Source: a virus
IMG/VR virus record: IMGVR_UViG_3300031857_000038
Location: 32,001 to 96,000 of that record
DNA: 64,000 nt
Strand: one strand, 5' to 3'
Position 1 is the stretch's first letter. The number at the start of each line of letters is the position of its first letter. Made by a program: the position numbers and the translations under genes. Shown one piece after another: positions 18,991 to 29,490 of this stretch. Below the pieces are notes generated by a model. It did not search any database, was not told where the DNA came from, and saw nothing but the letters and a program-made list of their open reading frames with translations.

Positions 18991-19305
18991 ATGGATACTA
19001 AAACCTTAATTACCGAAGCAAAAGCTCGTTTTGCTCACAACTCAGCAAAAGATTATCTAAAAGAAAAGCACAATGCAAAGCTATTAGTAGCAGAGCAGGG
19101 TGGTCTATGGCGTGCTGACAAAGAAACTATTGCATTTTTAACTGTAATGACCAACGACTATGATGATAGGGTTGTTCTAATTGATACGTTTGACAATCCA
19201 GTATTAGTAGATCGTAGTGCGTTGCTGTCTAAGTTGAAAGAAGTATACCACAGTGTAATGCTTGAATGGTATAGCGAGTGGAAAGAACTAGAAAGCAAAA
19301 GATGA
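18991..19305 (+). CDS. Hypothetical protein (104 aa), first gene of the modification operon
   Basis: CTAAATA at 18968 and AGGAG Shine-Dalgarno. ATGA-coupled to the next gene. Confidence 0.75.
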   Translation: MDTKTLITEAKARFAHNSAKDYLKEKHNAKLLVAEQGGLWRADKETIAFLTVMTNDYDDRVVLIDTFDNPVLVDRSALLSKLKEVYHSVMLEWYSEWKELESKR

Positions 19306-20108
19306 GTCGCGGTGTAATACTATTTGCTTTCAATAGTCCCAAATACAATTACTATGATATGGCTAAACACACTGCAAAGCGTGTTGAGCGTTTCTTAAAG
19401 CTGCCTGTTACGTTAGTAACAGATGAAGACTCTATGCCTGCAGGAGAGTTTGAGTATTGGGACAAAGTAGTAAAGATTAAGCCGGACAAGAATAACTTTC
19501 GTGACTGGGGCATGTGGATCAATAAAGGTCGTTATATGGCCTACGAACTTAGTCCTTATAACGAAACACTATTGTTGGACGTAGACTATATCATCAACTC
19601 AGACAAACTACTAACCTTATTTGATATTGACACAGACTTTTGCTGCCACAATAGAACTAATTTCTTAATGAACATTGGCGCCCCACAAGAGCTACTAAGC
19701 TCATATAGTTATGAAACACTATGGGCTACCGTTGTGATGTTTCGCAAGTCTGACCGCGCAGAGCAAATCTTTCAATGTTTAGAAATGGTACAAAAGAACT
19801 ATGAACACTACGCCAACATTCATCATTTTATCGCCCCTGTATATCGTAACGATTACGCTCTTACTCTTGCCCTCCGTATTGCTAACGGCCACAGTAGTGA
19901 TTCCCGCGATGTTATTCCTTGGGATTTATTGCACGTTGGAAAAAACACGCAAGTTTATCGTAATGGTGATGACCAGCTTGGCACAGAGTATACGGTCATG
20001 TTTGACAACTGGCAGCGGGGCAAAATAAGAAAAGAATATATTACAATCAAAGACCAGGACTTCCACGTGATGGATAAAGAAATATACGTGGAGATGATTA
20101 ATGAATAA
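19302..20108 (+). CDS. GT-A fold glycosyltransferase-like protein (GT8-like)
   Basis: SPYNETLLLDVDY (DxD), WATVVMFRK and RNDYA. Start moved to the ATGA overlap at 19302. Confidence 0.65.
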   Translation: MSRGVILFAFNSPKYNYYDMAKHTAKRVERFLKLPVTLVTDEDSMPAGEFEYWDKVVKIKPDKNNFRDWGMWINKGRYMAYELSPYNETLLLDVDYIINSDKLLTLFDIDTDFCCHNRTNFLMNIGAPQELLSSYSYETLWATVVMFRKSDRAEQIFQCLEMVQKNYEHYANIHHFIAPVYRNDYALTLALRIANGHSSDSRDVIPWDLLHVGKNTQVYRNGDDQLGTEYTVMFDNWQRGKIRKEYITIKDQDFHVMDKEIYVEMINE

Positions 20109-20859
20109 AGGCTTCGTCATCATGGCGCAAGGACTTGACTATGAAGTTTGCGCTGATGTTCTTAAGGACAGCATCTTAAACGTAATGCCAGATGCTAATG
20201 TGACTATCATTACTACTGAGATGCTTCCGTATGGCGACCAAGCTCCCGACACTGATTGGAAGCTACAGAATGACTGGCAAGTATACGAGGCAAGTCCGTA
20301 CGACTATACTATCAAGCTTGAGGCTGATATGTATTTGCCAAGGTCAATTGACTATTGGTGGAATATATTACAGAATAGAGACTTAGTAGTAAGCACTACA
20401 ATCAGAAACTTTAAACAAGAAGTTTCGGATGTTAAAGCATATCGTAGATTCATTACTGATAACAAATTGCCGGATACTTATAACGCTATCACATATTTCC
20501 GTAAGAGTGAGTTAGCAGAAAAGTTCTTCAACATTGTGCGTGATGTATTTGAGAATTGGGCTGAGTATAAAGCTATTCTCAAGTGTAACGTAGATGAACT
20601 CTGCACTACAGACTGGGCTTATGCTATTGCTGCACACATCCTAGGTGAAGAGAATACTACGCTACCACAATTCAAAGAAATGTCAATGATACATATGAAG
20701 CAATTCATTAACGGTTGTCCTACTCAGAATTGGACAGACAATTTGATTTACGAGAAGCTGCCTCACACTTTCAGAATCAATACTATTCCACAACTGTATC
20801 CATTGCACTATCACGTAAAAAGCCTAGCTAAAGAACTTAAGGGGAATAACAATGGATGA
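20101..20859 (+). CDS. GT-A fold glycosyltransferase-like paralog
   Basis: SPYDYTIKLEADMY (ExD), YNAITYFRKS and TDWAYA. Collinear with the previous gene. Confidence 0.6.
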   Translation: MNKGFVIMAQGLDYEVCADVLKDSILNVMPDANVTIITTEMLPYGDQAPDTDWKLQNDWQVYEASPYDYTIKLEADMYLPRSIDYWWNILQNRDLVVSTTIRNFKQEVSDVKAYRRFITDNKLPDTYNAITYFRKSELAEKFFNIVRDVFENWAEYKAILKCNVDELCTTDWAYAIAAHILGEENTTLPQFKEMSMIHMKQFINGCPTQNWTDNLIYEKLPHTFRINTIPQLYPLHYHVKSLAKELKGNNNG

Positions 20860-21172
20860 AGTAGTTGTTATTTGGGAGAGTCATAAGGTTGACAAGCCAG
20901 AGTTTAGGCTGTATTATGATGACAAGGGCTGTGTTATTGACTACACCTGTGAACAACATGAGGGTAATTACATAGTCATTGACGCAACAACATTTGCTGA
21001 GGCTAGACCCGACATTAAAGTTGTTGACGGGAAGATTATTAAAAATCATTTTGGTTCGGTGATGAGTAAACTATGCAAAGACATTGATGGAGTTCTATGC
21101 GAAGTTGAAGACCTAAGCATTATCACTGAAACTGCTGGACAATATTGGAAATTAAAAACTTATGAATTATGA
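20852..21172 (+). CDS. Hypothetical protein (106 aa)
   Basis: Overlaps both neighbours. AAGGGG Shine-Dalgarno. Confidence 0.7.
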   Translation: MDEVVVIWESHKVDKPEFRLYYDDKGCVIDYTCEQHEGNYIVIDATTFAEARPDIKVVDGKIIKNHFGSVMSKLCKDIDGVLCEVEDLSIITETAGQYWKLKTYEL

Positions 21173-22112
21173 TGACATTGTAGATATCGCAGACTTAGAC
21201 TGCATCTATCTTAGCTATGATGAACCACAGAAAGAAGAATTTTGGATCAAGATTAAGAACATGGTTCCGTGGGCTAAACGAGTTGATGGAGTTAAGGGTA
21301 GCGATGCTGCACACAAGGCAGCAGGAGAAGCAAGTGAGACAGAACGCTTCATTCTCATTGACGGTGACAATATGCCAAATGAGGACTTCTTCAATCTACA
21401 ACTAGACTTTACAGACAAAGACCCTAATTACAAATTAGCGCAGTATCGTTGGAGAGCAGTTAACGCTATCAACGGACTACGCTACGGCAATGGTGGTATG
21501 AGTTCTTGGACTAAGACTTATGTTGCCAACATGAAGACCCATGAGACAAGTGACGGAAGTGATACAACAGCGGTTGATTTCTGCATGGATTCTTCAGATA
21601 ATCTATACTGGGCAATGCACGATTGCTACTCTACAACGTATCCTAACTACACTCCCTTCCAAGCGTGGAGAGCAGGATTCCGTGAAGGTGTCAAGATGGT
21701 ACTTGATCGGGGTGCAAAGCCTAGTATAGACGAATTTCGTGAAAGAGTTGCTGGACGCAATCTAAACAATCTTACTATTTGGCATAACGTTGGCGCAGAT
21801 GTAGAGAATGGTCTTTGGGCTATCTATGGCGCTAGACTCGGCACACACATGACTATGCTTACTGACTGGGATTATAAAGATGTTGCAGATTTTGATAACT
21901 ATCCTGCATTATGGGGGAAGTATAAGAACCACCATCCGGAACTTAGCGCAGGGTTCATAGGTGAAGAGTTAGAAGATAAGCTAGGATTACCAATGTGTAC
22001 TCTTGATGCTGAACAAAGCAAGTTCTTTAAGCGTCACTATAACGCAGACAAACACAACTTGGGCCCGCTCGTTAAGGAGATGGATGTTATTCGTAGGATT
22101 GAAGGCTGGTAA
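21162..22112 (+). CDS. Glycosyltransferase-like protein (GT2-like GT-A, 316 aa)
   Basis: YLSYDEP...RVDGVKGSDAAHKAA...FILIDGDN (DxD) and AWRAGFREGVKM. Homologous to the C-terminal domain of the gene at 45322. Confidence 0.6.
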   Translation: MNYDDIVDIADLDCIYLSYDEPQKEEFWIKIKNMVPWAKRVDGVKGSDAAHKAAGEASETERFILIDGDNMPNEDFFNLQLDFTDKDPNYKLAQYRWRAVNAINGLRYGNGGMSSWTKTYVANMKTHETSDGSDTTAVDFCMDSSDNLYWAMHDCYSTTYPNYTPFQAWRAGFREGVKMVLDRGAKPSIDEFRERVAGRNLNNLTIWHNVGADVENGLWAIYGARLGTHMTMLTDWDYKDVADFDNYPALWGKYKNHHPELSAGFIGEELEDKLGLPMCTLDAEQSKFFKRHYNADKHNLGPLVKEMDVIRRIEGW

Positions 22113-23509
22113 TGTCAGAATCAGAAACAGACAGAATTAAAAGAATCCGCGACTTCATTGATGTGAACGCTACGCCCACATTCTGTTTGGCTAAGTGGCA
22201 GCATGTTACAATGTATCTACAGACAGGTGAGACACATAGTTGCTATCACCCACAGCCTCACAAGATTCCTTTAGCAGAATTAAAAGACAATCCAAGCGCA
22301 TTGCATAATACGATGCACAAGAAGCTTGAGCGTAAAGAAATGCTTGAAGGGAAGAAGCCAGAAGGCTGTCAGTATTGCTGGAACATTGAAGCAATGGGCC
22401 CGGACTATATCAGTGACAGACACATTCGCAACGCAAGTATTTTTACAGAGGAACGCTATGAACAAGCCAGTAAGGGAGCTTGGGACCAAAACATCAACCC
22501 AGAGTATTTGGAAATTAATTTTGGTAACGAGTGTAATTTTAAATGCGGCTATTGCCATCCGAAATATAGTACAAGATTCTACAAAGAAATAGAAGACTTC
22601 GGCCCTGTTGACAATGTAAAGAATCATCGCTGTGACGTTGATTGGATGAAGTTATTTCAACGTGAAGAAGAAAACCCATATGTTGATGCATTTTGGGAAT
22701 GGTGGCCTGAGCTACGCAAGACGCTAAACATTATGCGTGTAACTGGCGGCGAACCTACATTACACAAGTCAACGTGGACACTGTTAGATAAGATTGATGA
22801 AGAGCCTATGCCCTGGCTTGAGCTTAACATCAATAGCAATCTTGGTACTAAGAATATTCTTATCGACCGCTTAGCTAAAAAGGTTCGTAAGCTACAAGAC
22901 GAAGGCAAAATCAGAACATTCAAATTGTTCACAAGCATGGACACCTGGGGCGAACGTGCAGAGTATATTCGCACAGGTCTTGAACTAGACTTATGGGAAA
23001 AGAATTTTCACACTTACTTGTCAGTCAGCGGTGCCCCCATCACATTCATGATCACATTCAATATCTTCTCAGTGACAAGCTTCAAGAGCTTACTGGAAAA
23101 GTTCTTAGAGTGGCGCAAGCAATACGGCTGGGACGAAGAACGCAAGCAACATATCATTCGCTTCGACACTCCATATCTACGTGAGCCTATTCAGTATGAT
23201 ATGAACATTCTTCCTAAAGAAGAATTTATGCCCTATATGCACGATGCATTAAAGTTTATGGAAGACAATCTTGATGACACTCGGGCTGATGCATTCAGCA
23301 CAATTGAATATGAAAAGTTCAAGAGAGTTGTTGACTATATGGCAGAAACAGTGTATAGTGAAGACAAGCTAATTGAAGGTCGCAGAGACTTCTATAATTG
23401 GTTTAATGAATTGGATGATCGTCGTGAGAATGATTTGTTGACTGTCTTCCCAGAAATGATGGATTTTTATAAATTATGTCAACAAGTAAATTTGACGAAC
23501 CCTCTCTGA
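22112..23509 (+). CDS. Radical SAM protein with N-terminal Cys-rich (SPASM/twitch-like) domain (465 aa)
   Basis: CNFKCGYC (CxxxCxxC) and GGEP. N-terminal C...SCYH...CQYC. Confidence 0.9.
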   Translation: MSESETDRIKRIRDFIDVNATPTFCLAKWQHVTMYLQTGETHSCYHPQPHKIPLAELKDNPSALHNTMHKKLERKEMLEGKKPEGCQYCWNIEAMGPDYISDRHIRNASIFTEERYEQASKGAWDQNINPEYLEINFGNECNFKCGYCHPKYSTRFYKEIEDFGPVDNVKNHRCDVDWMKLFQREEENPYVDAFWEWWPELRKTLNIMRVTGGEPTLHKSTWTLLDKIDEEPMPWLELNINSNLGTKNILIDRLAKKVRKLQDEGKIRTFKLFTSMDTWGERAEYIRTGLELDLWEKNFHTYLSVSGAPITFMITFNIFSVTSFKSLLEKFLEWRKQYGWDEERKQHIIRFDTPYLREPIQYDMNILPKEEFMPYMHDALKFMEDNLDDTRADAFSTIEYEKFKRVVDYMAETVYSEDKLIEGRRDFYNWFNELDDRRENDLLTVFPEMMDFYKLCQQVNLTNPL

Positions 23510-23736
23510 GAACTAGAAAATGGGAGTGCATTGGTATTGATGGGCCTAGTCAAAATGCCATATATAATATTCGTGCGCAAGAAATTAGAGATTGGATCAA
23601 AGAACAACCTACAGACATGTGGGCGCAGTATGGTATAGATGAGATTTACGAGGGTAAACCTATATCTGCAATGTTTGGGCAGAACTATGTCTTTACAGAA
23701 GAAATGGAGGCGTGGTTCACGTTAAGATGGGTATGA
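23476..23736 (+). CDS. Small hypothetical protein of the C-terminal 'F-x-L-R-W' family (86 aa)
   Basis: Ends EAWFTLRWV. Overlaps both flanking rSAM genes. Confidence 0.6.
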   Translation: MSTSKFDEPSLRTRKWECIGIDGPSQNAIYNIRAQEIRDWIKEQPTDMWAQYGIDEIYEGKPISAMFGQNYVFTEEMEAWFTLRWV

Positions 23737-24962
23737 ACAAAGACTTTCTATTAAACGATAGCAAAACGTTTTGCATGTTCCCTTGGGTGCATCTCAATGC
23801 CACTCCTAAGGGAGATGTATATCCCTGCTGTAGCAATGACTACACAGACCCGGTTGGCAACACTAAAGATAACACACTGGAAGAAATCTTTAACAGCCCT
23901 AAGATGAAAGAACTTCGGGTTGATATGCTTAATGAGAAGAAGAATAAGATTTGTGATTTCTGTTATAAGCATGAAGAAGCTGGCCCATATAGTTTCAGAA
24001 ACTATAGCAAAGAACACTTTGGCAAATACTTTGATGAGATTGTTCCCTCTACGCAAGAAGACGGAACAGTAGACGAATTTAAAATGCGTTACTTTGATAT
24101 TCGTTTCTCTAACATCTGTAACTTTAAGTGCAGAACATGTGGCTCAGAGTTTAGCTCTAAGTGGGGCGAAGAAATGAAAAAGAACTACGACCCTAATCAT
24201 CCTGTATTAATTCACGTTGATGACAATAAGGGTACAGTTCTTGATGAAGTGCTAGAACATATTGAACATATCGACCTTGCATACTTTGCGGGTGGTGAAC
24301 CATTAATCACCGAAGAGCATTATACTATGCTTGAAGCAATGATTCGTAAGGGTCGCACTGACATTACTCTACGTTATAACACTAACGCAAGTAATATTAA
24401 GTATAAAAAACATGACGTACTTGATTTATGGAAGCACTTTAAAAAGATTGAATTAAGCTGTAGTATTGACCATTACGGCGAACGTGCTGAGTATATGCGT
24501 AAAGGCACAGATTGGGGAGTTGTAGAGAGCAATCTACTAACATTCCGTGATTTGGACTATGTTAGTTTCCAATTGAATACGGTTTTCAGCATCTACAACT
24601 ATCTCACTATAGGAGACTTTTATCAATATCTTAAGGATAAGAACATCGTAAGAACAGAAGACTGGTATCATTCGCTCTATCTTGCCGTACATCCTAATTA
24701 TTATTGTGCTAAAAGTCTCCCTAAGGAATTAAAAACAGTAGCAGGCGAAAAAGCAATGGCATGGGCTAACGCTAACATGGATGACAAGACTTGTGTGCCT
24801 AGACTCGTAGTAGATGCAGTGAACTTTGCTAACGATACGGATCAGTGGGGTGAAGTCAGAGATAAGTTCTTGATGCACACTAGGTCAGTTGACAGAATTA
24901 GAGGCGAAAACTTCTGGGAGACATTCCCCGAATTAAATAGATTGCAGGACTTAATGGAATGA
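23733..24962 (+). CDS. Radical SAM protein with N-terminal twitch-like domain
   Basis: CMFPW...PCC...CDFC, CNFKCRTC and FAGGEP. Start placed at the ATGA overlap, 23733. Confidence 0.9.
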   Translation: MNKDFLLNDSKTFCMFPWVHLNATPKGDVYPCCSNDYTDPVGNTKDNTLEEIFNSPKMKELRVDMLNEKKNKICDFCYKHEEAGPYSFRNYSKEHFGKYFDEIVPSTQEDGTVDEFKMRYFDIRFSNICNFKCRTCGSEFSSKWGEEMKKNYDPNHPVLIHVDDNKGTVLDEVLEHIEHIDLAYFAGGEPLITEEHYTMLEAMIRKGRTDITLRYNTNASNIKYKKHDVLDLWKHFKKIELSCSIDHYGERAEYMRKGTDWGVVESNLLTFRDLDYVSFQLNTVFSIYNYLTIGDFYQYLKDKNIVRTEDWYHSLYLAVHPNYYCAKSLPKELKTVAGEKAMAWANANMDDKTCVPRLVVDAVNFANDTDQWGEVRDKFLMHTRSVDRIRGENFWETFPELNRLQDLME

Positions 24963-26236
24963 TTGATAAAAATAAAGTAGAAAAATTAGTTACAGAAGGT
25001 AAGCACTTTTGCGTATTACCCTGGGTGCATTTTCATGCATGGCCCGACAAGCGAGTAATGCCTTGCTGCGTTGCTGACAGTAACATGCCAGTAGCTCAAA
25101 TTGAGGGCGATCAATCTATTATTGAAATGATGAACAGCGACCGCTATAAGGAAATTCGTGAAGCAATGCTTGACGATATTGAAGTTCCTGAATGTAAGCG
25201 TTGCTTTGACCTTGAGCTTATGGGTACATGGACTATGCGCCAATCACATAATCGTCGCAGAGGTCTTGACTATGTAAACTATATTGCTGAGAACACACAA
25301 GAAGACGGCGCCCTCTCAGAGTTTGAAATGAAGTATATGGATATTCGTTTCAGTAATTTATGTAACATGAAGTGCCGCAGTTGTGGCCCAGACTGTTCAA
25401 GTCAGTGGGCGCAAGAGTTTGTTGACAAGCGCGGTAAAGAAATGTGGGACGAACATTTCCCTAATCGTAAAATAGTCATTAACAATAACGATGACCAAAA
25501 GTTTATGGTTAAGTTAAAGCCATATCTTGCTGATGTATCTGAAGTATATTTTGCTGGTGGCGAAATCATTATTACGCCAGAGCATTATGAATGCTTAGAT
25601 TATTGGATTGAAAATGGTCAAGCAGATACAATTGAATTAAACTATACTACGAATTTCTCAACGCTGCACGGATATAAAGACAAGAACCTACTTGAGTATT
25701 GGAAGAAGTTCAAGAATATTCAAGTGTGGGCTTCATTAGATGCACACGGTGACTTAGCAGAATGTATTCGTAAGGGTACAGACTGGGACAAGACTGTTGC
25801 TAATATCAAGAAGCTGCGTGAAGAACTACCGCATATTCAGTTTCAGATTACTCCTACTATTAGTATTTGGAATATCTTTAAGTTCCCTGACTTCTTTGAT
25901 TATATGGTAGAAAACAAGCTGATTGATTTGACAATTAGTCCTAGATTTAATCTTGCTACAAGCCCCTGGTACGCTAACGTGATGATTCTTCCGAAACACG
26001 TAAAGAACAGACTGATTGAACTGTATAGAGTTTACCAAAACAAATACGGTAAAGACAATATGGATATCTATAATGGCTTCAAGATGATTATCTATAATCT
26101 AAGCGTCGGCGACGAGAATAAGGGAGGAATCCTAGAGTTCAAGAAATTCAACGATGAGCTAGACGAATTCAGAAAAGAAAAGTTTGAAGACCTAGTTCCG
26201 GAAATTAAGGAAGTGTATGAGTGGGCCGCAAGTTAA
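24959..26236 (+). CDS. Radical SAM protein with N-terminal twitch-like domain (425 aa)
   Basis: CVLPW...PCC...CKRC, CNMKCRSC and FAGGE. Close paralog of the previous gene. Confidence 0.9.
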   Translation: MIDKNKVEKLVTEGKHFCVLPWVHFHAWPDKRVMPCCVADSNMPVAQIEGDQSIIEMMNSDRYKEIREAMLDDIEVPECKRCFDLELMGTWTMRQSHNRRRGLDYVNYIAENTQEDGALSEFEMKYMDIRFSNLCNMKCRSCGPDCSSQWAQEFVDKRGKEMWDEHFPNRKIVINNNDDQKFMVKLKPYLADVSEVYFAGGEIIITPEHYECLDYWIENGQADTIELNYTTNFSTLHGYKDKNLLEYWKKFKNIQVWASLDAHGDLAECIRKGTDWDKTVANIKKLREELPHIQFQITPTISIWNIFKFPDFFDYMVENKLIDLTISPRFNLATSPWYANVMILPKHVKNRLIELYRVYQNKYGKDNMDIYNGFKMIIYNLSVGDENKGGILEFKKFNDELDEFRKEKFEDLVPEIKEVYEWAAS

Positions 26237-27183
26237 TTGCAATTGAAGCTCCAGAACCCTATCTAGCGGTTACATGGCAGGTAAACAATTTTTGTAACTT
26301 TAGTTGCAGTTATTGTAATCCTGGCAACTGGGCTGGGGCTAATCCCAACAACGGCAATCTTGATATCTACTTAAATAACTTGCGTATCATTATCAACAAG
26401 TATGAAGATGCAGGCTATAAACACTTTAAGTTCTTTTTCAGCGGCGGCGAACCAACAGCATGGCGCAACTTTATTCCTATCTGTGAGTTTCTACGAGCAG
26501 AAACAGAATGTACTATCGCAGTCAACACTAATCTATCACGCCCGCTAGCATGGTGGGAAAAGCATCACCATTTGTTTGATGATATCGTAGCATCTTTTCA
26601 CGTTGAACAAGCGAAGAAAGACCGCTACATTGAGAATTCATTGTACCTATGCGATAAGGTTAACTACATATCAAGTAAGATGCTAATGCATGATGAACGC
26701 TTTTGGGAAGTAGTTGAGTTTGGTAATAGTCTAAAAGAAATACTACCTAATTACTTCATTGAATGGACTCCTTTATACGATGAGTTAAGTCACGTTACTG
26801 GCCCATGGAAGTATAACGACCCTGCTAAAGAAGAATTCTTTAAGACGCATACTATTGAAATGCAACAGACCATTCCAAAGCCCAATAAAAGAGCAGAGAC
26901 AAGCAGTTATAATAGATATAGTGACGGCACCACTAGCTCGTGTAATGCTAATGAATTGATTGTTAACAATCAGAATTACTTTAGCGGCTGGCAATGTAGC
27001 GTCGGTGACTGCATCTTTATTAATCCTATAGGTGAAGTTAGTTTAGCAAGCTGCGGATTAGGTGGAAACATTGGACATATATTAGACGATATCAGTAAAG
27101 TAGGTCCAAAGAAAATCATGTGCTACAAAGAAATGTGCATGTGCGGTACTGATATTATCATTCCAAAAATTAAGGTAAACTGA
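26221..27183 (+). CDS. Radical SAM protein with C-terminal Cys-rich auxiliary domain (320 aa)
   Basis: CNFSCSYC and SGGEP. C-terminal WQC...SC...CYKEMCMCGTD. Confidence 0.9.
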   Translation: MGRKLIAIEAPEPYLAVTWQVNNFCNFSCSYCNPGNWAGANPNNGNLDIYLNNLRIIINKYEDAGYKHFKFFFSGGEPTAWRNFIPICEFLRAETECTIAVNTNLSRPLAWWEKHHHLFDDIVASFHVEQAKKDRYIENSLYLCDKVNYISSKMLMHDERFWEVVEFGNSLKEILPNYFIEWTPLYDELSHVTGPWKYNDPAKEEFFKTHTIEMQQTIPKPNKRAETSSYNRYSDGTTSSCNANELIVNNQNYFSGWQCSVGDCIFINPIGEVSLASCGLGGNIGHILDDISKVGPKKIMCYKEMCMCGTDIIIPKIKVN

Positions 27184-28514
27184 TGGATAAAACTAAAGTA
27201 GTATATAGTTGGATTGGCCCAAGAGGACCTATTTGGAATACTGAGTTACCCAATATATTGTCCCTCACTTGCGTATCGTTTAATGCTCAAGTTGACTCAA
27301 GGTTCTTTGGAGCAGATGACACGTGGCTAATGTTTTTCTCTCAGGCTACGGATCAATATGAAATGTACCCATCAGTAAATATTGAACGTGATGATGAAAG
27401 ACATTTTGTAATACCCTTTTCTTTAGTTTGGCGTACTGGATTTGAAAACTACTTCGTAGGTAGAACAGGTATATTGGAATATAGTCATGTTGACGTTAAG
27501 CTGATTAACTTAGTCAGACAAAAAAATGGATATATCTTTATTGATTACAGTGTAGAAGCATTTGTTGAACCTAGACATTTAAACGCATTGCACTCTTATT
27601 TTAGACACATACACGGTATCCCGCTACACAAGATTATATATCTTACTGGGGCAATCAACGCTAAACAAGTATACGAAGCTTATTGCACACGAAATAATAT
27701 ACCTGATGATCCAGCTGAAAGGCTGACAATCATTCCATATGCTGCTAGTGAACATCTCTTTCTTAGAAATGCGGAAGAATGTTCTAACGAACCAGAGTAT
27801 AATACTGAGATTGTTCCTGAAAAATTACTGCTGATGTGGAATCGCAGATATAGACCACATAGGGTGCAACTAGTAGCATTGCTAGAAAAAAATAATCTAA
27901 TTGACAGAAGCTATGTCAGTTTCCCCAACTGTCATGTTGAAACACCTACCATCACGTTCAGAGAAGAAGTTGAGCATATGGATTTGATTTATCAATTTGC
28001 ACATATGGGCTTGAAACAAGAACATGTTGACACTCTAGCTAGTAAGTTGCCATTAGTACTAGATGACGAACAAAACATTGTGCAAATGTGCAGCGATGAA
28101 GGCAACGTCAGCCGACCTTACTATCAAAATAGTTTAATCAGTCTAGTAACTGAAACTAATTTCAATAGCAATGAAGTTACCCTTACTGAGAAAAGCTTCA
28201 AGCCATTAAAAGAAAAGCATCCGTTTATTTTAGTTGGTGCACCTGGCTGCTTGCAGGGTCTCAGAGACTTAGGCTATCAAACGTTCGGTGAGTTTTGGGA
28301 TGAGAGCTATGATGATATTCTTGAACCAATTCCCAGAATGCGTAAGATTGATGAAGTACTACAAAGCATTGGTGAGTGGGATAATAATCAGATATTAGAC
28401 TTCAAGCGTAGAGTAAAACCTATCATAGAACACAATTATCAGTTATTAAAGAATAGCTCAAGACACGACATAATGACAAAAATCAATAACGTCATCAGAG
28501 GAAACAATGCGTAA
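27183..28514 (+). CDS. Glycosyltransferase-like protein, 'NRR-HR / TET / TEK / DESYD' family (443 aa)
   Basis: WNRRYRPHR, SLVTET, TEKSFKP..HPF..G and DESYD. The TEK..PF..G block recalls GT-B enzymes of the GT10/GT47 type. Confidence 0.55.
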   Translation: MDKTKVVYSWIGPRGPIWNTELPNILSLTCVSFNAQVDSRFFGADDTWLMFFSQATDQYEMYPSVNIERDDERHFVIPFSLVWRTGFENYFVGRTGILEYSHVDVKLINLVRQKNGYIFIDYSVEAFVEPRHLNALHSYFRHIHGIPLHKIIYLTGAINAKQVYEAYCTRNNIPDDPAERLTIIPYAASEHLFLRNAEECSNEPEYNTEIVPEKLLLMWNRRYRPHRVQLVALLEKNNLIDRSYVSFPNCHVETPTITFREEVEHMDLIYQFAHMGLKQEHVDTLASKLPLVLDDEQNIVQMCSDEGNVSRPYYQNSLISLVTETNFNSNEVTLTEKSFKPLKEKHPFILVGAPGCLQGLRDLGYQTFGEFWDESYDDILEPIPRMRKIDEVLQSIGEWDNNQILDFKRRVKPIIEHNYQLLKNSSRHDIMTKINNVIRGNNA

Positions 28515-29490
28515 GACAATATTAGTTTGTGGAGCCGGCGGCTTTATTGGAAATTACTTAGTAGACAGTTTAAAAAGTCAAGGACATTATGTTGTTGGCA
28601 CTGACTTAAAGAAGCCAGTATATAACGAAACTTCAGCGGATGAATTCTATATTAAAGATTTGAGAGACAAGGATAGCGTAGACTATCTATTGTACCTGCA
28701 CAATTATGACGAAGTATATCAGTTAGCAGCAGATATGGGCGGCGCCGGATATATCTTTACTGGCGAACATGATGCCGATATCATGCACAACTCAGTTACT
28801 ATCAATTTGAATGTACTACGAGCAATGATTAAATCAGGCTGCAAGAAAGTATTCTATAGCTCAAGCGCATGTATGTATCCAGAGCATAATCAACTTGACC
28901 CAGACAACCCTGTACTAAGTGAAGACAGCGCATACCCTGCTAACCCTGATAGTGAGTACGGTTGGGAGAAACTATTCAGCGAACGACTATACATGACTTA
29001 TGCTAAGAACTATGGCATAGATGTTCGTATCGCACGTTTTCATAATATATTCGGCCCTAATGGAAGCTGGGACAACGGCAAAGAAAAAGCGCCAGCCGCA
29101 CTGTGTAGAAAAGTGGCACTTGCTGATGACAACGGTGAAGTAGAGATTTGGGGCCCGGGTAATCAGACACGAAGCTTTCTATACATTGATGAGTGTATAG
29201 AAGGTATTCATCGTATTATGAATAGTAACTATAATAAGCCAATTAATTTGGGTAGTGAACGAATGATTTCTATTAATGACCTCGTATTATTAATTGCTAG
29301 CCTGACTAATAAGAAAGTCACTATTAAGAATATTCCAGGACCAATGGGAGTTATGGGTAGACGAAGTGACAATGCCTTAATTAAGAATGTCACTGACTGG
29401 AAGCCTGACGAAGATTTAGAAACTGGATTGATTAAGACTTATCGCTGGATTAACGAACAGATTATGTTAGGTAAAAAGGACGATGAGTAA
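28507..29490 (+). CDS. GDP-mannose 3,5-epimerase-like NAD-dependent epimerase (327 aa)
   Basis: GAGGFIG, LAADMGG, YSSSACMYP, YGWEK, RFHNIFGP, EKAPAALCRK and QTRSF, all characteristic of the GME subfamily. Confidence 0.85.
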   Translation: MRKTILVCGAGGFIGNYLVDSLKSQGHYVVGTDLKKPVYNETSADEFYIKDLRDKDSVDYLLYLHNYDEVYQLAADMGGAGYIFTGEHDADIMHNSVTINLNVLRAMIKSGCKKVFYSSSACMYPEHNQLDPDNPVLSEDSAYPANPDSEYGWEKLFSERLYMTYAKNYGIDVRIARFHNIFGPNGSWDNGKEKAPAALCRKVALADDNGEVEIWGPGNQTRSFLYIDECIEGIHRIMNSNYNKPINLGSERMISINDLVLLIASLTNKKVTIKNIPGPMGVMGRRSDNALIKNVTDWKPDEDLETGLIKTYRWINEQIMLGKKDDE

